A stretch of 64,000 nt of DNA, taken from the human T2T-CHM13v2.0 reference genome, Homo sapiens. Position 1 is the stretch's first letter, and the number at the start of each line of letters is the position of its first letter. The notes under the pieces were generated by a model. The model saw only the letters and a program-made list of their open reading frames with translations, searched no databases and had not been told where the DNA came from. The stretch is from NCBI RefSeq assembly GCF_009914755.1, contig NC_060929.1, one strand, 5' to 3'. The translations under genes and the position numbers were made by a program. This document shows positions 14,801 through 30,211 of the stretch, piece after piece.

Positions 14801-17800
14801 ACATTCCACTCGAATACATTCCCTTCTATTCCACTCGGAATGATTCCACTCCATTCCATTCCATTCCATTCCATTCCATTCCATTTCATTTCGTTCTATT
14901 CCATTCTATTCCGTACCATTCCATTCCATTCCATTCCATTCCATTCCATTCCATTGCATTCCATTCCATTCCATACCATTCCACTCGGGTTGATTCCATT
15001 CCTTTCCACTCCATTTGGGTTGAATCCATTCCATTCCATTCCATTCTATTCCATTCGATTCCATTCAATTGCACTTGGGTTGATTCCTTTCCATTCCATT
15101 CCATTTCATTCCATTCCATTCCATTCCATTCCACCCCATTCCACTCGGGGTGATTCCATTCCATTCCATTCCATTCCATTCCATTCCATTCCATTCCATT
15201 CCATTCCACTGTGTTTGATTCAGTTCCATTCCATTCCATTCCACGCGATTTGATTCCATTCCATCCTATTCCGTTTCATTCCATTCCACGCCATACGATT
15301 CCATTACATTCCATTCTACTCGGGTACATTGCATTCCATTCCATTGCATTCCATTCCATTCTGGTAGATTCCATTCCATTCCATTCCATTCCATTCAATT
15401 CCATTAGATTCCATTCCATTCCACTCGGATTGATTCCATTCCATTCCTTTCCGTTCCATTCCATTCCCTTCCATTCCACTCGGGTTGATTCCATTCCTTT
15501 CCATTCCATTCCATTCAATTCCATTCCATTCCATTCCATTCCATTCGGGTTGATTCTATTCAATTCTTTACACTCCATTCCATTCCATTCCACACAATTC
15601 CATTCCTTTCCATTCCCTTCGGATTGAATCCATTCCATCCCATTCCTTTCCATTCGACTCCATTCCATTGCACTCGGGTTCATTCCATTCCATTCCATTC
15701 CATTCTACTCCATTCCAATCGATTCCACTCCATTCCATTCGGGATGATTCCATTCCATTCCATTCCATTCCATTCCATTCCATTCCATTCCATTCCATTC
15801 CATTCCATTCCATTCCATTCCACTCTGTTTGATTCAGTTTCATTCCATTCCATTCCAGGGGATTTGATTCCATTCCATACTATTCCGTTTTATTCCATTC
15901 CATGCCATACGACTCCATTCCATTCCATTCCATTTGGGTACATTCCATTCCATTCCATTCCATTCCATTCCATTCCATTCCATTCCATTCCATTCCATTC
16001 CATTCTGGTAGATTCCATTCCATTCCATTCCATTCCATTCCATTCCATTCCATTCCATTCCATTGCACTCGGGTTGATTCCAATTCATTCCATTCCATTC
16101 CATTCCTTTCCACTCCATTCCATTCCATTCCTTTCCATTCCATTCCATTCCATTCCATTCCATTCGGGTTGATTCTATTCACTTCCTTTACACTCCATTC
16201 CATTCCATTCCATTCCACACAATTCCATTCCTTACCATTCCATTCCATTCCATTCCTTTCCATTCCATGCCATTCCACTCGGGTTGATTCCATTCCATTC
16301 CGTTGCACTCGATTTGATTCCATTCCATTCCATTCCATTTCACTAGAGTTGATTCCATTCCATTCCATTCCATTCCATTCCATTCCTTTCCCCTCCATTC
16401 CACTCGGGTTCTTGCCATTCCATTCCATTCCATTCCATTCCACTCGGGTTGATTCCATTCTATTATTTTCCATTCCATTCCATTCCCTTCCATTCCACTC
16501 GGGTTGATTCCATTCCTTTCCATTCCACTCGAATACATTCCCTTCTATTCCACTCGGAATGATTCCACTCCATTCCATTCCATTCCATTCCATTCCATTC
16601 CATTTCATTTCGTTCTATTCCATTCTATTCCGTACCATTCCATTCCATTCCATTCCATTCCATTCCATGACATTCCACTCGGGTTGATTCCCTTCCTTTC
16701 CATTCCCTTCGGATTGAATCCATTCCATCCCATTCCTTTCCATTCGACTCCATTCCATTGCACTCGGGTTCATTCCATTCCATTCCATTCCATTCTACTC
16801 CATTCCATTCGATTCCACTCCATTCCATTTGGGATGATTCCATTCCATTCCATTGCATTCCATTCCATTCCATTCCATTCCATTCCATTCCACTCTGTTT
16901 GATTCAGTTGCATTCTATTCCATTCCAGGGGATTTGATTCCATTCCATGCTATTCCGTTTCATTCCATTCCACGCTATACGATTCCATTCCATTCCATTC
17001 CATTCGGGTACATTCCATTCCATTCCATTTCATTCCATTCCATTCTGGTAGATTCCATTCCATTCCATTCCATTCCATTCCATTCCATTGCACTCGGGTT
17101 GATTCCAATTCATTCCATTCCATTCCATTCCACTCCATTCCATTACATTCCTTTCCATTCCATTCCATTCCATTCCATTCCATTCCATTCGGGTTGATTC
17201 TATTCACTTCCTTAACACTCCATTACATTCCATTCCATTCCACACAATTCCATTCCTTACCATTCCATTCCATTCCATTCCTTTCCATTCCATGCCATTC
17301 CACTCGGGTTGATTCCATTCCATTCCGTTACACTCGATTTGATTCCATTCCATTCCATTCCATTCCATTCCTTTCCATTCCATTCCACTCAGGTTGATTC
17401 CATTCTATTCCATTCCATTCCATTCCATTTCCTTCCATTCCACTCGGGGTGATTCCATTCCTTTCCATTCCACTCGAATACATTCCCTTCTATTCCACTC
17501 GGAATGATTCAATTCCATTCCATTCCATTCCATTGCATTCCATTTCGATCCATTCCATTCTATTCCGTAAGATTCCATTCCATTCCATTCCATTCCATGC
17601 CATTCCACTCGAGTAGATTCCTTTCCTTTCCATTCCATTCGTGTTGAATCCATTCCATTCCATTCCATTCAATTCGATTCCATTCCATTGCACTCGGGTT
17701 GATTCCCTCCCATTCCATTCCATTCCATTTCATTCCATTCCACTCCATTCTATTCGAGATGATGCCATTCCATTCCATTCCATTCCATTCCATTCCATTG

Positions 17801-20090
17801 CACTCTGTTTGATTCAGTTGCATTCCATTGCATTCCACGCGATTTGATTCCATTCCATTCTATAACGTTTCATTCCATGCCACGCCATACGATTCCATTC
17901 CATTCCATTCCATTCGGGTACATTCCATTCCATTCCATTCCATTCCATTCCATTCGGGTACATTCCATTCCATTCCATTCCATTCCATTCCATTCCATTC
18001 CATTCCATTCCTTTTCGGTAGATTCCACTCCATTCCATTCCATTCCACTGCATTGCACTCTGGTTGATTCCGTTCCATTCCATTCCATTCCATTCCATTC
18101 CATTCCATTCCATTCCATTCCTTTCCATTCCATTCCACTGCATTGCACTCTGGTTGATTCCGTTCCATTCCATTCCATTCCATTCCATTCCATTCCATTC
18201 CATTCCATTCCTTTCCATTCCATTCTACTCGGGTTGATTCCAATCCATTCCTTTGCATTCCATTCCTTTCCAATTGGGTTGAATCTATTCCATTCCATTT
18301 CGTTCTATTCCATGCCATTCCACTCGGTTTGATTCCTTTCCATTCCATTCAATTCGAGTTCATTATATTCTATTCCATTCCATTCCATTCCATTCCATTC
18401 CATTCCATTCCATTGCACTCGGGTTGATTCCATTCCATTCCATTCCATTCCATTCCATTCCATTCCATTCCATTCCACTGTATTCCATTCGGGATGATTC
18501 CATTCCATTCCATTCCATTCCATTCCATTCCATTCCATTCCATTCCACTCGGGTTGATTCCATTCCGTTCCTTTCCATTCAATTCCAATCCCTTCCATTC
18601 CACTCACAATGATTCCATTCCTTTCCATTCCACTCGATTACATTCCCTTCCATTCCACTCGGAATGATTCCATTCCTCTCCATTGCATTCCATTCCAATC
18701 CATTCCATTCCATTCCATTCCACTCGAGTTGATTCCATTCCATTCCATTCCATTCCATTCCATTCCATTCCATTCCATTCCATTCCGTTCCATTCGGGTT
18801 GATTCTATTCAATTCCTTTACACTCCATTCCATTCCATTCCATTCCATTCCATTCCAGACAATTCCATTAAATTCCAATTGGGTTGAATCCATTTCATTC
18901 CATTTCGTTCCATTCCATTCTATTCCGTACCTTTCCATTCCATTCCATTCCTTTCCTTTTTATGCCATTCCACTCGGGTTCATTCCATTTCATTCCATTC
19001 TATTCGAGTTGATTCCATTCCATTCCATTCCATTCCATTGGATTCCATTGCAGTCGAGTTGATTCCATTCCATTCCATTCCATTCCATTCCATTCCATTC
19101 CATTCCACTCCATTCCATTCCATTCCATTCCACTCTGTTTGATTCAGTTCCATTCCACTCCATTCCATGCGATTTGATTCCATTCCATTCTATTCAGTTT
19201 CATTCCATTTCACGCCATACGATTCCATTCCATTCCATTCCATTCGGGTACATTCCATTCCATTCCAGTCCATTCCATTCCATTCCATTCCATTCCACTC
19301 TGTTTGATTCAGTTCCATTCCATTAAATTCCATGTGATTTGATTCCATTCCATTCTATTCAGTTTCATTCCATTTCACGCCATACGATTCCATTCCATTC
19401 CATTCCATTCGGGTACATTCCATTCCATTCCAATCCATTCCATTCCATTCCATTCCACTCTGTTTTATTCAGTTCCATTCCATTCCATTCCATGTGATTT
19501 GATTCCATTCCATTCTATTCAGTTTCATTCCATTTCACGCCATACGATTCCATTCCATTCCATTCCATTCGGGTACATTCCATTCCATTCCATTCCATTC
19601 CTTTCCATTCCATTCCATTGCACTTGGGTTGATTCCAATTCATTCCCTTCCATTCCATTCCATTCCATTCCATTCCATTCCATTCCATTCCATTCCGTTC
19701 CATTCCATTCAACTCCTTTCCATTCCATTCCATTCCATTCCATTCGGGTTGTTTCTATTCAATTCCTTTACAGTCCATTCCATTCCATTCCATTCCACAC
19801 AATTCCATTCCGTACCATTCCATTCCATTCCATTCCTTTCCGTTCCATGCCCTTCCAATCGGGTTGATTCCATTTCATTCAATTTTTTTCGGGTTGATTG
19901 CATTCCATTCCATTCCATTCCATTCCATTGCATTGCATTCCATTGAACTGGAGTTGATTCCATTCCATTCCATTCCATTCCATTGCTCTAGAGTTGATTC
20001 CATTCCATTCCATTCCATTCCATTCCTTTCCATTCCTTTCCCCTCCATTCCACTCGGGTTCTTGCCATTCCATTCCATTCCATTCCATTC
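3950..20090 (+). repeat. Macro-repeat copy 1 (collinear with ~24,900-40,520)
   Basis: Rare words occur in the same order in both copies: gtactacg ~4927/~25943 and ~7823/~28869; tgcaatccc ~9772/~30668; taccattgctctc ~10791/~31628; tccatggattaaatt ~12256/~33073; tttgatgcagttgc ~13434/~34105; tccgtaagatt ~17564/~38127; gagttcattatatt ~18356/~38814; ttgctctagag ~19983/~40396. Shared 1-bp indels support the alignment. Confidence 0.9.
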
Positions 20091-23000
20091 CACTCGGGTT
20101 GATTCCATTCTATTCTTTTCCATTCTATTCCATTCCCTTCCATTCCACTCGGGTTGATTCCATTCCTTTCCATTCCACTCGAATACATTCCCTTCTATTC
20201 CACTCGGAATGATTCCACTCCATTCCATTCCATTCCATTCCATTCCATTTCATTTCGTTCTATTCCATTCTATTCCGTACCATTCCTTTCCATTCCATTC
20301 CATTCCATTCCTTTCCATTCCATTCCATTCCATTCCATTCCATTCCATTCCATTCCATTCCATTGCACTCGGGATGATTCCATTCCATTCCATTCCATTC
20401 CATTCCATTCCATTCCATTCCATTCCATTCCATTCCACTCGGGTTGATTCCATTCCATTCCTTTCCATTCAATTCCATTCCCTTCCATTCCACTCCGGTT
20501 GATTCCATTCCTTTCCATTCCACTTGATTACATTCCCTTCCATTCCACTCAGAATGATTTCATTCCATTCCATTCCATTCCATTCCATTCCATTCCTTTC
20601 CATTTCATTACATTCCATTCTATTCGGGTTCATTCTATTCAATTCCTTCACACTCCATTCCATTCCATTCCACACTATTAAATTCCATTCCATTCCATTC
20701 CAATTGGGTTGAATCCATTTCATTCCATTTCGTTCCAGTCCATTCTATTCCGTACCATTCAATTCCATTCCATTCCTTTCCATTCCATGCCATTCCACTC
20801 GGGTTGATTCCTTTCATTCCATTCTCTGCGGGTTGATTCCATTCCATTCCATTCCATTGCACTCGAGTTGATTCCATTCCATTCCATTCCATTCCATTCC
20901 ATTCCATTCCTTTCCATTCCATTCCACTCGGGTTGTTTCCATTCTATTCTTTTCCATTCCATTCCATTTCCTTCCATTCTACTCGGGTTGATTCCATTCC
21001 TTTCCATTCCACTCGAATACATTGCCTTCTATTCCACTCGGAATGATTCCACTCCATTCCATTCCATTCCATTCCATTCCATTCCATTTCATTTCATTCT
21101 ATTCCATTCTATTCCGTACCATTCCATTCCATTCCATTCCATTCCATTCCATTCCATTCCATTTCATGACATTCCACTCGGGTTGATTCCATTCCTTTCC
21201 ATTCCCGTCAGATTGAATCCATTCCATTCCATTCCTTTCCATTCGACTCCATTCCGTTGCACTCGGGTTCATTCCATTCCATTCCTTTCCATTCTACTCC
21301 ATTCCATTCGATTCCTCTCCATTCCATTCGGGATGATTCCATTCCATTCCATTCCATTCCATTCCATTCCATTCCATTCCATTCCACTCTGTTTGATTCA
21401 GTTCCATTCCATTCCATTCCACGCGATTTGATTCCATTCCATTCTATTCCCTTTCATTCCATTCCACGCCATATGATTCCATTCCATTCCATTCCATTCG
21501 GGTACTTTCCATTCCATTCCATTCCATTCCATTCTATTCCATTCCATTCTGGTAGATTCCATTCCATTCCATTCCATTCCATTCCATTCCATTCCATTCT
21601 GGTAGATTCCATTCCATTCCATTCCATTCCATTCCATTCCATTCCATTCTATTCCATTCCATTGCATTCCTTTGCACTCGGGTTGATTCCATTCCTTTCC
21701 ATTCCACTCGATTACATTCCCTTCCATTCCACTCGGAATGATTCCATTCCATTCCATTCCATTCCATTGCATTCCATTCCATTCCTTTCCATTCCATTCC
21801 ATTCCATTCCATTCGGGTTGATTCTATTCACTTCCTTAACACTCCATTACATTCCATTCCATTCCACACAATTCCATTCCTTACCATTCCATTCCATTCC
21901 ATTCCTTTCCATTCCATGCCATTCCACTCGGGTTGATTCCATTCCATTCCGTTGCACTCGATTTGATTCCATTCCATTCCATTCCTTTCCATTCCATTCC
22001 ACTCCTTTCCATTCCATTCCACTCAGGTTGATTCCATTCTATTACATTCCATTCCATTCCATTTCCTTCCATTCCACTCGGGGTGATTCCATTCCTTTCC
22101 ATTCCACTCGAATACATTCCCTTCTATTCCACTCGGAATGATTCCATTCCATTCCATTCCATTCCATTGCATTCCATTTCGATCCATTCCATTCTATTCC
22201 GTAAGATTCCATTCCATTCCATTCCATTCCATGCCATTCCACTCGAGTAGATTCCTTTCCTTTCCATTCCATTCGTGTTGAATCCATTCCATTCCATTCC
22301 ATTCAATTCGATTCCATTCCATTGCACTCGGGTTGATTCCCTTCCATTCCATTCCATTCCATTTCATTCCATTCCACTCCATTCTATTCGGGATGATGCC
22401 ATTCCATTCCATTCCATTCCATTCCATTGCACTCTGTTTGATTCAGTGGCATTCCATTGCATTCCACGCGATTTGATTCCATTCCATTCTATAACGTTTC
22501 ATTCCATGCCACGCCATACGATTCCATTCCATTCCATTCCATTCGGGTACATTCCATTCCATTCCATTCCATTCCATTCCATTCCTTTTCGGTAGATTCC
22601 ACTCCATTCCATTCCATTCCATTCGGGTACATTCCATTCCATTCCATTCCATTCCATTCCATTCCTTTTCGGTAGATTCCACTCCATTCCATTCCATTCC
22701 ATTGCATTGCACTCTGGTTGATTCCGTTCCATTCCATTCCATTCCATTCCATTCCATTCCATTCCATTCCATTCCTTTCCATTCCATTCTACTCGGGTTG
22801 ATTCCAATCCATTCCTTTGCATTCCATTCCTTTCCAATTGGGTTGAATCTATTCCATTACATTTCGTTCTATTCCATGCCATTCCACTCGGTTTGATTCC
22901 TTTCCATTCCATTCAATTCGAGTTCATTATATTCTATTCCATTCCATTCCATTCAATTCCATTCCATTCCATTCCATTGCACTCGGGTTGATTCCATTCC

Positions 23001-25270
23001 ATTCCATTCCATTCCATTCCATTCCATTCCACTGCATTCCATTCGGGATGATTCCATTCCATTCCATTGCATTCCATTCCATTCCATTCCATTCCATTCC
23101 ACTCGGGTTGATTCCATTCCGTTCCTTTCCATTCAATTCCAATCCCTTCCATTCCACTCGCAATGATTCCATTCCTTTCCATTCCACTCGATTACATTCC
23201 CTTCTATTCCACTCGGAATGATTCCATTCCTCTCCATTGCATTCCATTCCAATCCATTCCATTCCATTCCATTCCACTCGAGTTGATTCCATTCCATTCC
23301 ATTCCATTCCATTCCGTTCCATTCGGGTTGATTCTATTCAATTCCTTTACACTCCATTCCATTCCATTCCATTCCATTCCATTCCAGACAATTCCATTAA
23401 ATTCCAATTGGGTTGAATCCATTTCATTCCATTTCGTTCCATTCCATTCTATTCCGTACCTTTCCATTCCATTCCATTCCTTTCCTTTTTATGCCATTCC
23501 ACTCGGGTTCATTCCATTTCATTCCATTCTATTCGAGTTGATTCCATTCCATTCCATTCCATTGGATTCCATTGCAGTCGAGTTGATTCCATTTCATTCC
23601 ATTCCATTCCATTCCACTCCATTCCATTCCATTCCATTCCACTCTGTTTGATTCAGTTCCATTCCATTCCATTCCATGCGATTTGATTCCATTCCATTCT
23701 ATTCAGTTTCATTCCATTTCACGCCATACGATTCCATTCCATTCCATTCCATTCGGGTACATTCCATTCCATTCCAGTCCATTCCATTCCATTCCATTCC
23801 ATTCCACTCTGTTTGATTCAGTTCCATTCCATTAAATTCCATGTGATTTGATTCCATTCCATTCTATTCAGTTTCATTCCATTTCACGCCATACGATTCC
23901 ATTCCATTCCATTCCATTCGGGTACATTCCATTCCATTCCATTCCATTCCTTTCCATTCCATTCCATTGCACTTGGGTTGATTCCAATTCATTCCCTTCC
24001 ATTCCATTCCATTCCATTCCATTCCATTCCATTCCGTTCCATTCCATTCAACTCCTTTCCATTCCATTCCATTCCATTCCATTCGGGTTGTTTCTATTCA
24101 ATTCCTTTACACTCCATTCCATTTCATTCCATTCCACACAATTCCATTCCGTACCATTCCATTCCATTCCATTCCATTCCTTTCTGTTCCATGCCCTTCC
24201 AATCGGGTTGATTCCATTTCATTCAATTTTTTTCGGTTTGATTGCATTCCATTCCATTCCATTCCATTCCATTCCATTCCATTGCATTGCATTCCATTGA
24301 ACTGGAGTTGATTCCATTCCATTCCATTCCATTCCATTCCATTCCATTGCTCTAGAGTTGATTCCATTCCATTCCATTCCATTCCATTCCTTTCCATTCC
24401 TTTCCCCTCCATTCCACTCTGGTTCTTGCCATTCCATTCCATTCCATTCCATTCCATTCCATTCCATTCCACTCGGGTTGATTCCATTCTATTCTTTTCC
24501 ATTCTATTCCATTCCCTTCCATTCCACTCGGGTTGATTCCATTCCTTTCCATTTCACTCGAATACATTCCCTTCTATTCCACTCGGAATGATTCCACTCC
24601 ATTCCATTCCATTCCATTCCATTCTATTTCATTTCGTTCTATTCCATTCTATTCCGTACCATTCCATTCCATTCCATTCCATTCCATTCCATTCCATTTC
24701 ATGACATTCCACTCGGGTTGATTCCATTCCTTTCCATTCCCTTCAGATTGAATCCATTCCATTCCATTCCTTTCCATTCGACTCCATTCCATTGCACTCG
24801 GGTTCATTCCATTCCATTCCTTTCCATTCTACTCCATTCCATTCGATTCCTCTCCATTCCATTCGGGATGATTCCATTCCATTCCATTCCATTCCATTCC
24901 ATTCCATTCCACTCTGTTTGATTCAGTTCCATTCCATTCCATTCCACGTGATTTGATTCCATTCCATTCTATTCCCTTTCATTCCATTCCACGCCATATG
25001 ATTCCATTCCATTCCATTCCATTCGGGTACTTTCCATTCCATTCCATTCCATTCCATTCCATTCCATTCCATTCTGGTAGATTCCATTCCATTCCATTCC
25101 ATTCCATTCCATTCCATTCCATTCCATTCTGGTAGATTCCATTTCATTCCATTCCATTCCATTCCATTCTAGTCCATTCCATTGCATTGCTTTGCACTCG
25201 GGTTGATTCCATTCCTTTCCATTCCACTCGATTACATTCCCTTCCATTCCACTCAGAATGATTCCATTCC
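17170..25270 (+). repeat. ~4.6 kb tandem duplication (17,170-21,810 then 21,810-25,270); the second copy lacks a ~0.7-0.8 kb block
   Basis: cttccttaacact ~17207/~21831; cgatccattcc..ccgtaagatt ~17546/~22180; gagttcattatatt ~18356/~22920; ccagacaattccattaaatt ~18855/~23384; ttgaactggag ~19943/~24297; atttcatgac ~21161/~24696; ggtactttcc ~21501/~25026. Block 20,290-20,990 is absent from the second copy. Confidence 0.85.
19130..19600 (+). repeat. Triplicated ~160-180 bp cassette (ctctgtttgattcag...cgatttg...cagtttc...acgccatacg...cgggtac)
   Basis: Copies start at ~19132, ~19297 and ~19457. Also 3 copies at ~39556/39721/39876, 2 at ~23642/23807, and 3 related copies at ~43917/44042/44212. Confidence 0.8.
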
Positions 25271-25319
25271 ATTCCATTCCATTCCATTGCATTACATTCC
25301 AATCCATTCCTTTCCATTC

Positions 25320-28300
25320 CATTACACCCGAGTTGATTCCATTCCATTCCATTCCATTCCGTTGCATTCCATTCCATTGAATTCGGGTTGATTCTATTCA
25401 ATTCTTTACACTCCATTCCATTCTATTCCATTCCACACAATTCCATTCCATTCCATTCCATTCCATTCCATTCCATTCCAATCGGGTTGAATCCATTCCA
25501 TTGCATTTCGTTCCGTTCCGTTCTATTCCATTCCATTCCACTCTGTTCCATTCCATTCCATTCAATTTCATTCCATGCCATTCCACTCGGGTTGATTCCA
25601 TTCCATTCTATTCCTTTCCATTTCATTCCATTCCATTCCACAGGAGTTGATTCCATTCCGTTCCAATCCATTTCATTCCACTCCACTCCACTCGATTCCA
25701 TTCCATTCCATTCCATTTGTGTAGTTTCCATTCCATTCTATTCCATTCCACTCCATTCCATTCCACTCAGGTTCCCTCAATTCCATTCCATTCCATTCAT
25801 TTCCATTCCAATCTAGTTGATTCCATTCGATAGAATTCCATTCCATTCCATTCTTTTCCATTCCATTCCACTCGGGTTGATTCCTTTCCATTCCATTCCA
25901 TTCCATTCCATTCCCTTCCATTCCATTCCATTCTAGTCCATTGTACTACGTTTGATTCCTTTCCATTACTTTCCAATCCATTCCATTCAATTCCATCTCA
26001 TTGCTTTCCATTCAATTCCACTCGATTCCATTCCACTCCACTCCACTCGGGTTGATTCCATTACCTTCCATTCCATTCTATTCCCTTCCATTCCACTCGT
26101 GTTGATTCCATTCCATTCCATTTCGATCCGTTCCATTCCATTCCATTCGGGTTGATTCTATTCAATTCCTTTACACTCCATTCCATTCTATTCCATTCCA
26201 CACAATTCCATTCCATTCCATTTCCTTCCATTCCATTCTATTCCATTGCATTCCATTCCATGCCATTCCACTCGGGTTGATTCCATTCCATTCCATTCCG
26301 TTCCATTTCATTCCATTCCATTCCACAGGAGTTGATTCCATTCCGTTCCAATCCATTTCATTCCACTCCACTCCATTCGATTCCATTCCATTCCATTCCC
26401 TTTGGGTAGTTTCCATTCCATTCCATTCCACTCCATTCCATTCTACTCATGTTCACTCGATTCCATTCCATTCCATTCCTTTCCATTCTAATCCAGTTGA
26501 TTCCATTCCATTGAATTCCATTCCAGTCCATTCCATTCCATTACACTCGGGTTCTTGCTGTTCCATTCCATTCCATTCCTTTCCATTCCATTCCACTCGG
26601 GTTGATTCCATTCCATTCCATTCCATTTCATTCCTTTCCGTTCCGTTCCACTCGGGTTGATTCCATTCCATTCCATTCCATTTCATTCCATTGCCATTCC
26701 ATTACATTCCATTCCATTCCATTGCACTCTGTTTGATTCCATTCCATTCCATTCCATTACATTCCATTCCATTCCACAATGTTTGTTTAAGTTCCTTTCA
26801 GTTCAATTCCACGTGATTTGATTCCATTCCATTCTATTCCGTTTCATTCAATTCCACGACATACGATTCCATTGCATTCCATTCAATTCGTGTACATTCC
26901 ATTCCATTCCTCTCCATTCCATTCTACTCATGTTCACTCGATTCCATTCCATTACTTGCCATTCCTTTCCATTCTAATCCAGTTGATTCCATTCCATTGA
27001 ATTCCATTCCAGTCCATTCCATTCCTTTACACTCTTGTTCTTGCCATTCCATTCCATTCCATTCCTTTCCATTCCATTCCACTCGGGTTGATTCCATTCC
27101 ATTCCATTCCATTTCATTCCATTGCCATTCCATTCCATTCCATTCCATTCCATTGCACTCTGGTTGATTCCATTCCATTCCATTCCACTCCATTCCACAA
27201 TGTTTGATTCAGTTCCATTCAATTCAATTCCAAGCGATTTGATTCCATTCCATTCTATTCCGTTTCATTCAGTTGCACGACATACGATTCCATTGCATGC
27301 CATTGAATTCGTGTACATTCCATTCCATTCCATTCCATTCCATTCCTTTCCATTCTGGTAGATTCCATTCCATTCCATTCCATTCCATTGCACTCGGGTT
27401 GATTCCATTCCTTTCCATTCCATTCCACTCCATTCCATTCCATTTCACTCGGGTTGATTCCATTCCATTCCTTTCCATTCCATTCCATTCCCTTCCATTC
27501 CACACGTGTTGATTCCATTCCTTTCCATTCCACTCCAATACATTCCCTTCTATTCCACTTGGGATCATTCCATTTCATTCCATTTCATTCCATTCCATTC
27601 CATTTCGTTCCATTCCATTCTATTCCGTACCATTCCATTCCATTCCATTCCATTCCATTCCATTCCATTCCATGCCATTCTACTCGGCTTCATTCCATTC
27701 CTTTCCATTCCATTCGGGTTGAATCCATTCCATTCCATTCCATTACATTACATTCCATTGCACTCGTGTTGATTCCATTCCATTCCATTCCATTCCATTC
27801 CATTCCATTCCACTCCATTCCATTCGGGATGATTCAGTTCCATTCCATTCCATTCCATTCCATTCCATTCCATTCCACTCTGTTTGATTCAGTTCCATTC
27901 CATTCCATTCCACGCGATTTGATTCCATTCCATTCTATTCCCTTTCATTCCATTCCATGCCATATGATTCCATTCCATTCCATTCCATTCGGGTACATTC
28001 CATTCCATTCCATTCCATTCCATTCTGGTAGATTCCATTCCATTCCATTCCATTCCATTCCATTCCATTCCATTGCATTCCATTGCACTCGGGTTGATTC
28101 CATTCCTTTCCATTCCACTCGATTACATTCCCTTCCATTCCACTCGGAATGATTCCATTCCATTCCATTCCATTACATTGCATTACATTCCAATCCATTC
28201 CATTCCATTCCATTACACCCGAGTTGATTCCATTGCATTCCATTCCATTCCATTCCATTCCATTCCATTCCATTCCATTCCATTCCGTTCCATTCCATTC

Positions 28301-29810
28301 CATTGAATTCGGGTTGATTCTATTCAATTCTTTACACTCCATTCCATTCTATTCCATTCCACACAATTCCATTCCATTCCATTCCATTCCATTCCATTCC
28401 ATTCCAATCGGGTGGAATCCATTCCATTGCATTTCGTTCCGTTCCGTTCTATTCCATTCCATTCCACTCTGTTCCATTCCATTCCATTCAATTTCATTCC
28501 ACGCCATTCCACTCGGGTTGATTCCATTCCATTCCATTCCTTTCCATTTCATTCCATTCCATTCCACAGGAGTTGATTCCATTCCGTTCCAATCCATTTC
28601 ATTCCACTCCACTCCACTCGATTCCATTCCATGCCATTCCATTTGTGTAGTTTCCATTCCATTCTATTCCATTCCACTCCATTCCATTCCACTCAGGTTC
28701 CCTCGATTCCATTCCATTCCATTCATTTCCATTCCAATCTAGTTGATTCCATTCGATAGAATTCCATTCCGTTCCATTCTTTTCCATTCCATTCCACTCG
28801 GGTTGATTCCTTTCCATTCCATTCCATTCCATTCCATTCCATTCCATTCCATTCCATTCTAGTCCATTGTACTACGTTTGATTCCTTTCCATTACTTTCC
28901 AATCCATTCCATTCAATTCCATTTCATTGCTTTCCATTCATTTCCATTCGATTCCATTCCACTCCACTCCACTCGGGTTGATTCCATTACCTTCCATTCT
29001 ATTCTATTCCCTTCCATTCCACTCGTGTTGATTCCATTCCATTCCATTTCGTTCCATTCCATTCCATTCCATTCGGGTTGATTCTATTCAATTCCTTTAC
29101 ACTCCATTCCATTCTATTCCATTCCACGCAATTCCATTCCATTCCATTCCATTCCATTCCATTCCAATCGGGTAGAATCCATTCCATTCCATTTCCTTCC
29201 ATTCCATTCTATTCCATTGCATTCCATTCCATGCCATTTCACTCGGGTTGATTCCATTCCATTCCATTCCGTTCCATTTCATTCCATTCCATTCCACAGG
29301 AGTTGATTCCATTCCGTTCCAATCCATTTCATTCCACTCCACTCCATTCGATTCCATTCCATTCCATTCCCTTTGGGTAGTTTCCATTCCATTCCATTCC
29401 ACTCCATTCCATTCTACTCATGTTCACTCGATTCCATTCCATTCCATTCCTTTCCATTCTAATCCAGTTGATTCCATTCCATTGAATTCCATTCCAGTCC
29501 ATTCCATTCCATTACACTCGGGTTCTTGCCGTTCCATTCCATTCCATTCCTTTCCATTCCATTCCACTCGGGTTGATTCCATTCCATTCCATTTCATTCC
29601 ATTGCCATTCCATTCCATTCCATTCCATTCCATTGCACTCTGTTTGATTCCATTCCATTCCATTCCATTCCATTCCATTCCATTCCACAATGTTTGATTA
29701 AGTTCTTTTCAATTCAGTTCCACGTGATTTGATTCCATTCCATTCTATTCCGTTTCATTCAATTCCATGACATACGATTCCATTGCATTCCATTCAATTC
29801 GTGTACATTC
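25320..29810 (+). repeat. ~2.9 kb tandem unit carried within macro-repeat copy 2
   Basis: ttgaattcggg ~25377/~28303; caggag ~25641/~28567; gtactacg ~25943/~28869; ccctttggg ~26398/~29369. Confidence 0.87.
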
Positions 29811-30211
29811 CATTCCATTCCATTCCATTCCATTCCATTCCTTTCCATTCTGGTAGATTCCATTCCATTCCATTCCATTCCATTGCACTCGGGTTGATTC
29901 CATTCCTTTCCATTCCATTCCACTTCTTTCCATTCCATTCCACTCGGGTTGATTCCATTCCATTGCTTTCCTTTCCATTCCATTCCCTTCCATTCCACTT
30001 GGGTTGATTCCATTCCATTCCACTTCTTTCCATTCCATTCCATTCGGGTTGAATCCATTCCATTCCAATCCATTCCATTCCATTCCATTACACCCGAGTT
30101 GATTCCATTCCATTCCAATCCATTCCATTCCATTCTATTCCATTCCATTCCATTCCATTCCATTCCATTCCATTCGGGTACATTCCATTCCATTCCATTC
30201 CATTCCATTCC

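Noticed and set aside
19876-19895. T-runs (aatttttttc; also ~24,225 and ~50,913) as retrotransposon tails or terminators
   Set aside because: Only 6-7 T, derived by substitution from the attttattcggg-type cassette. No target-site duplication or hairpin.
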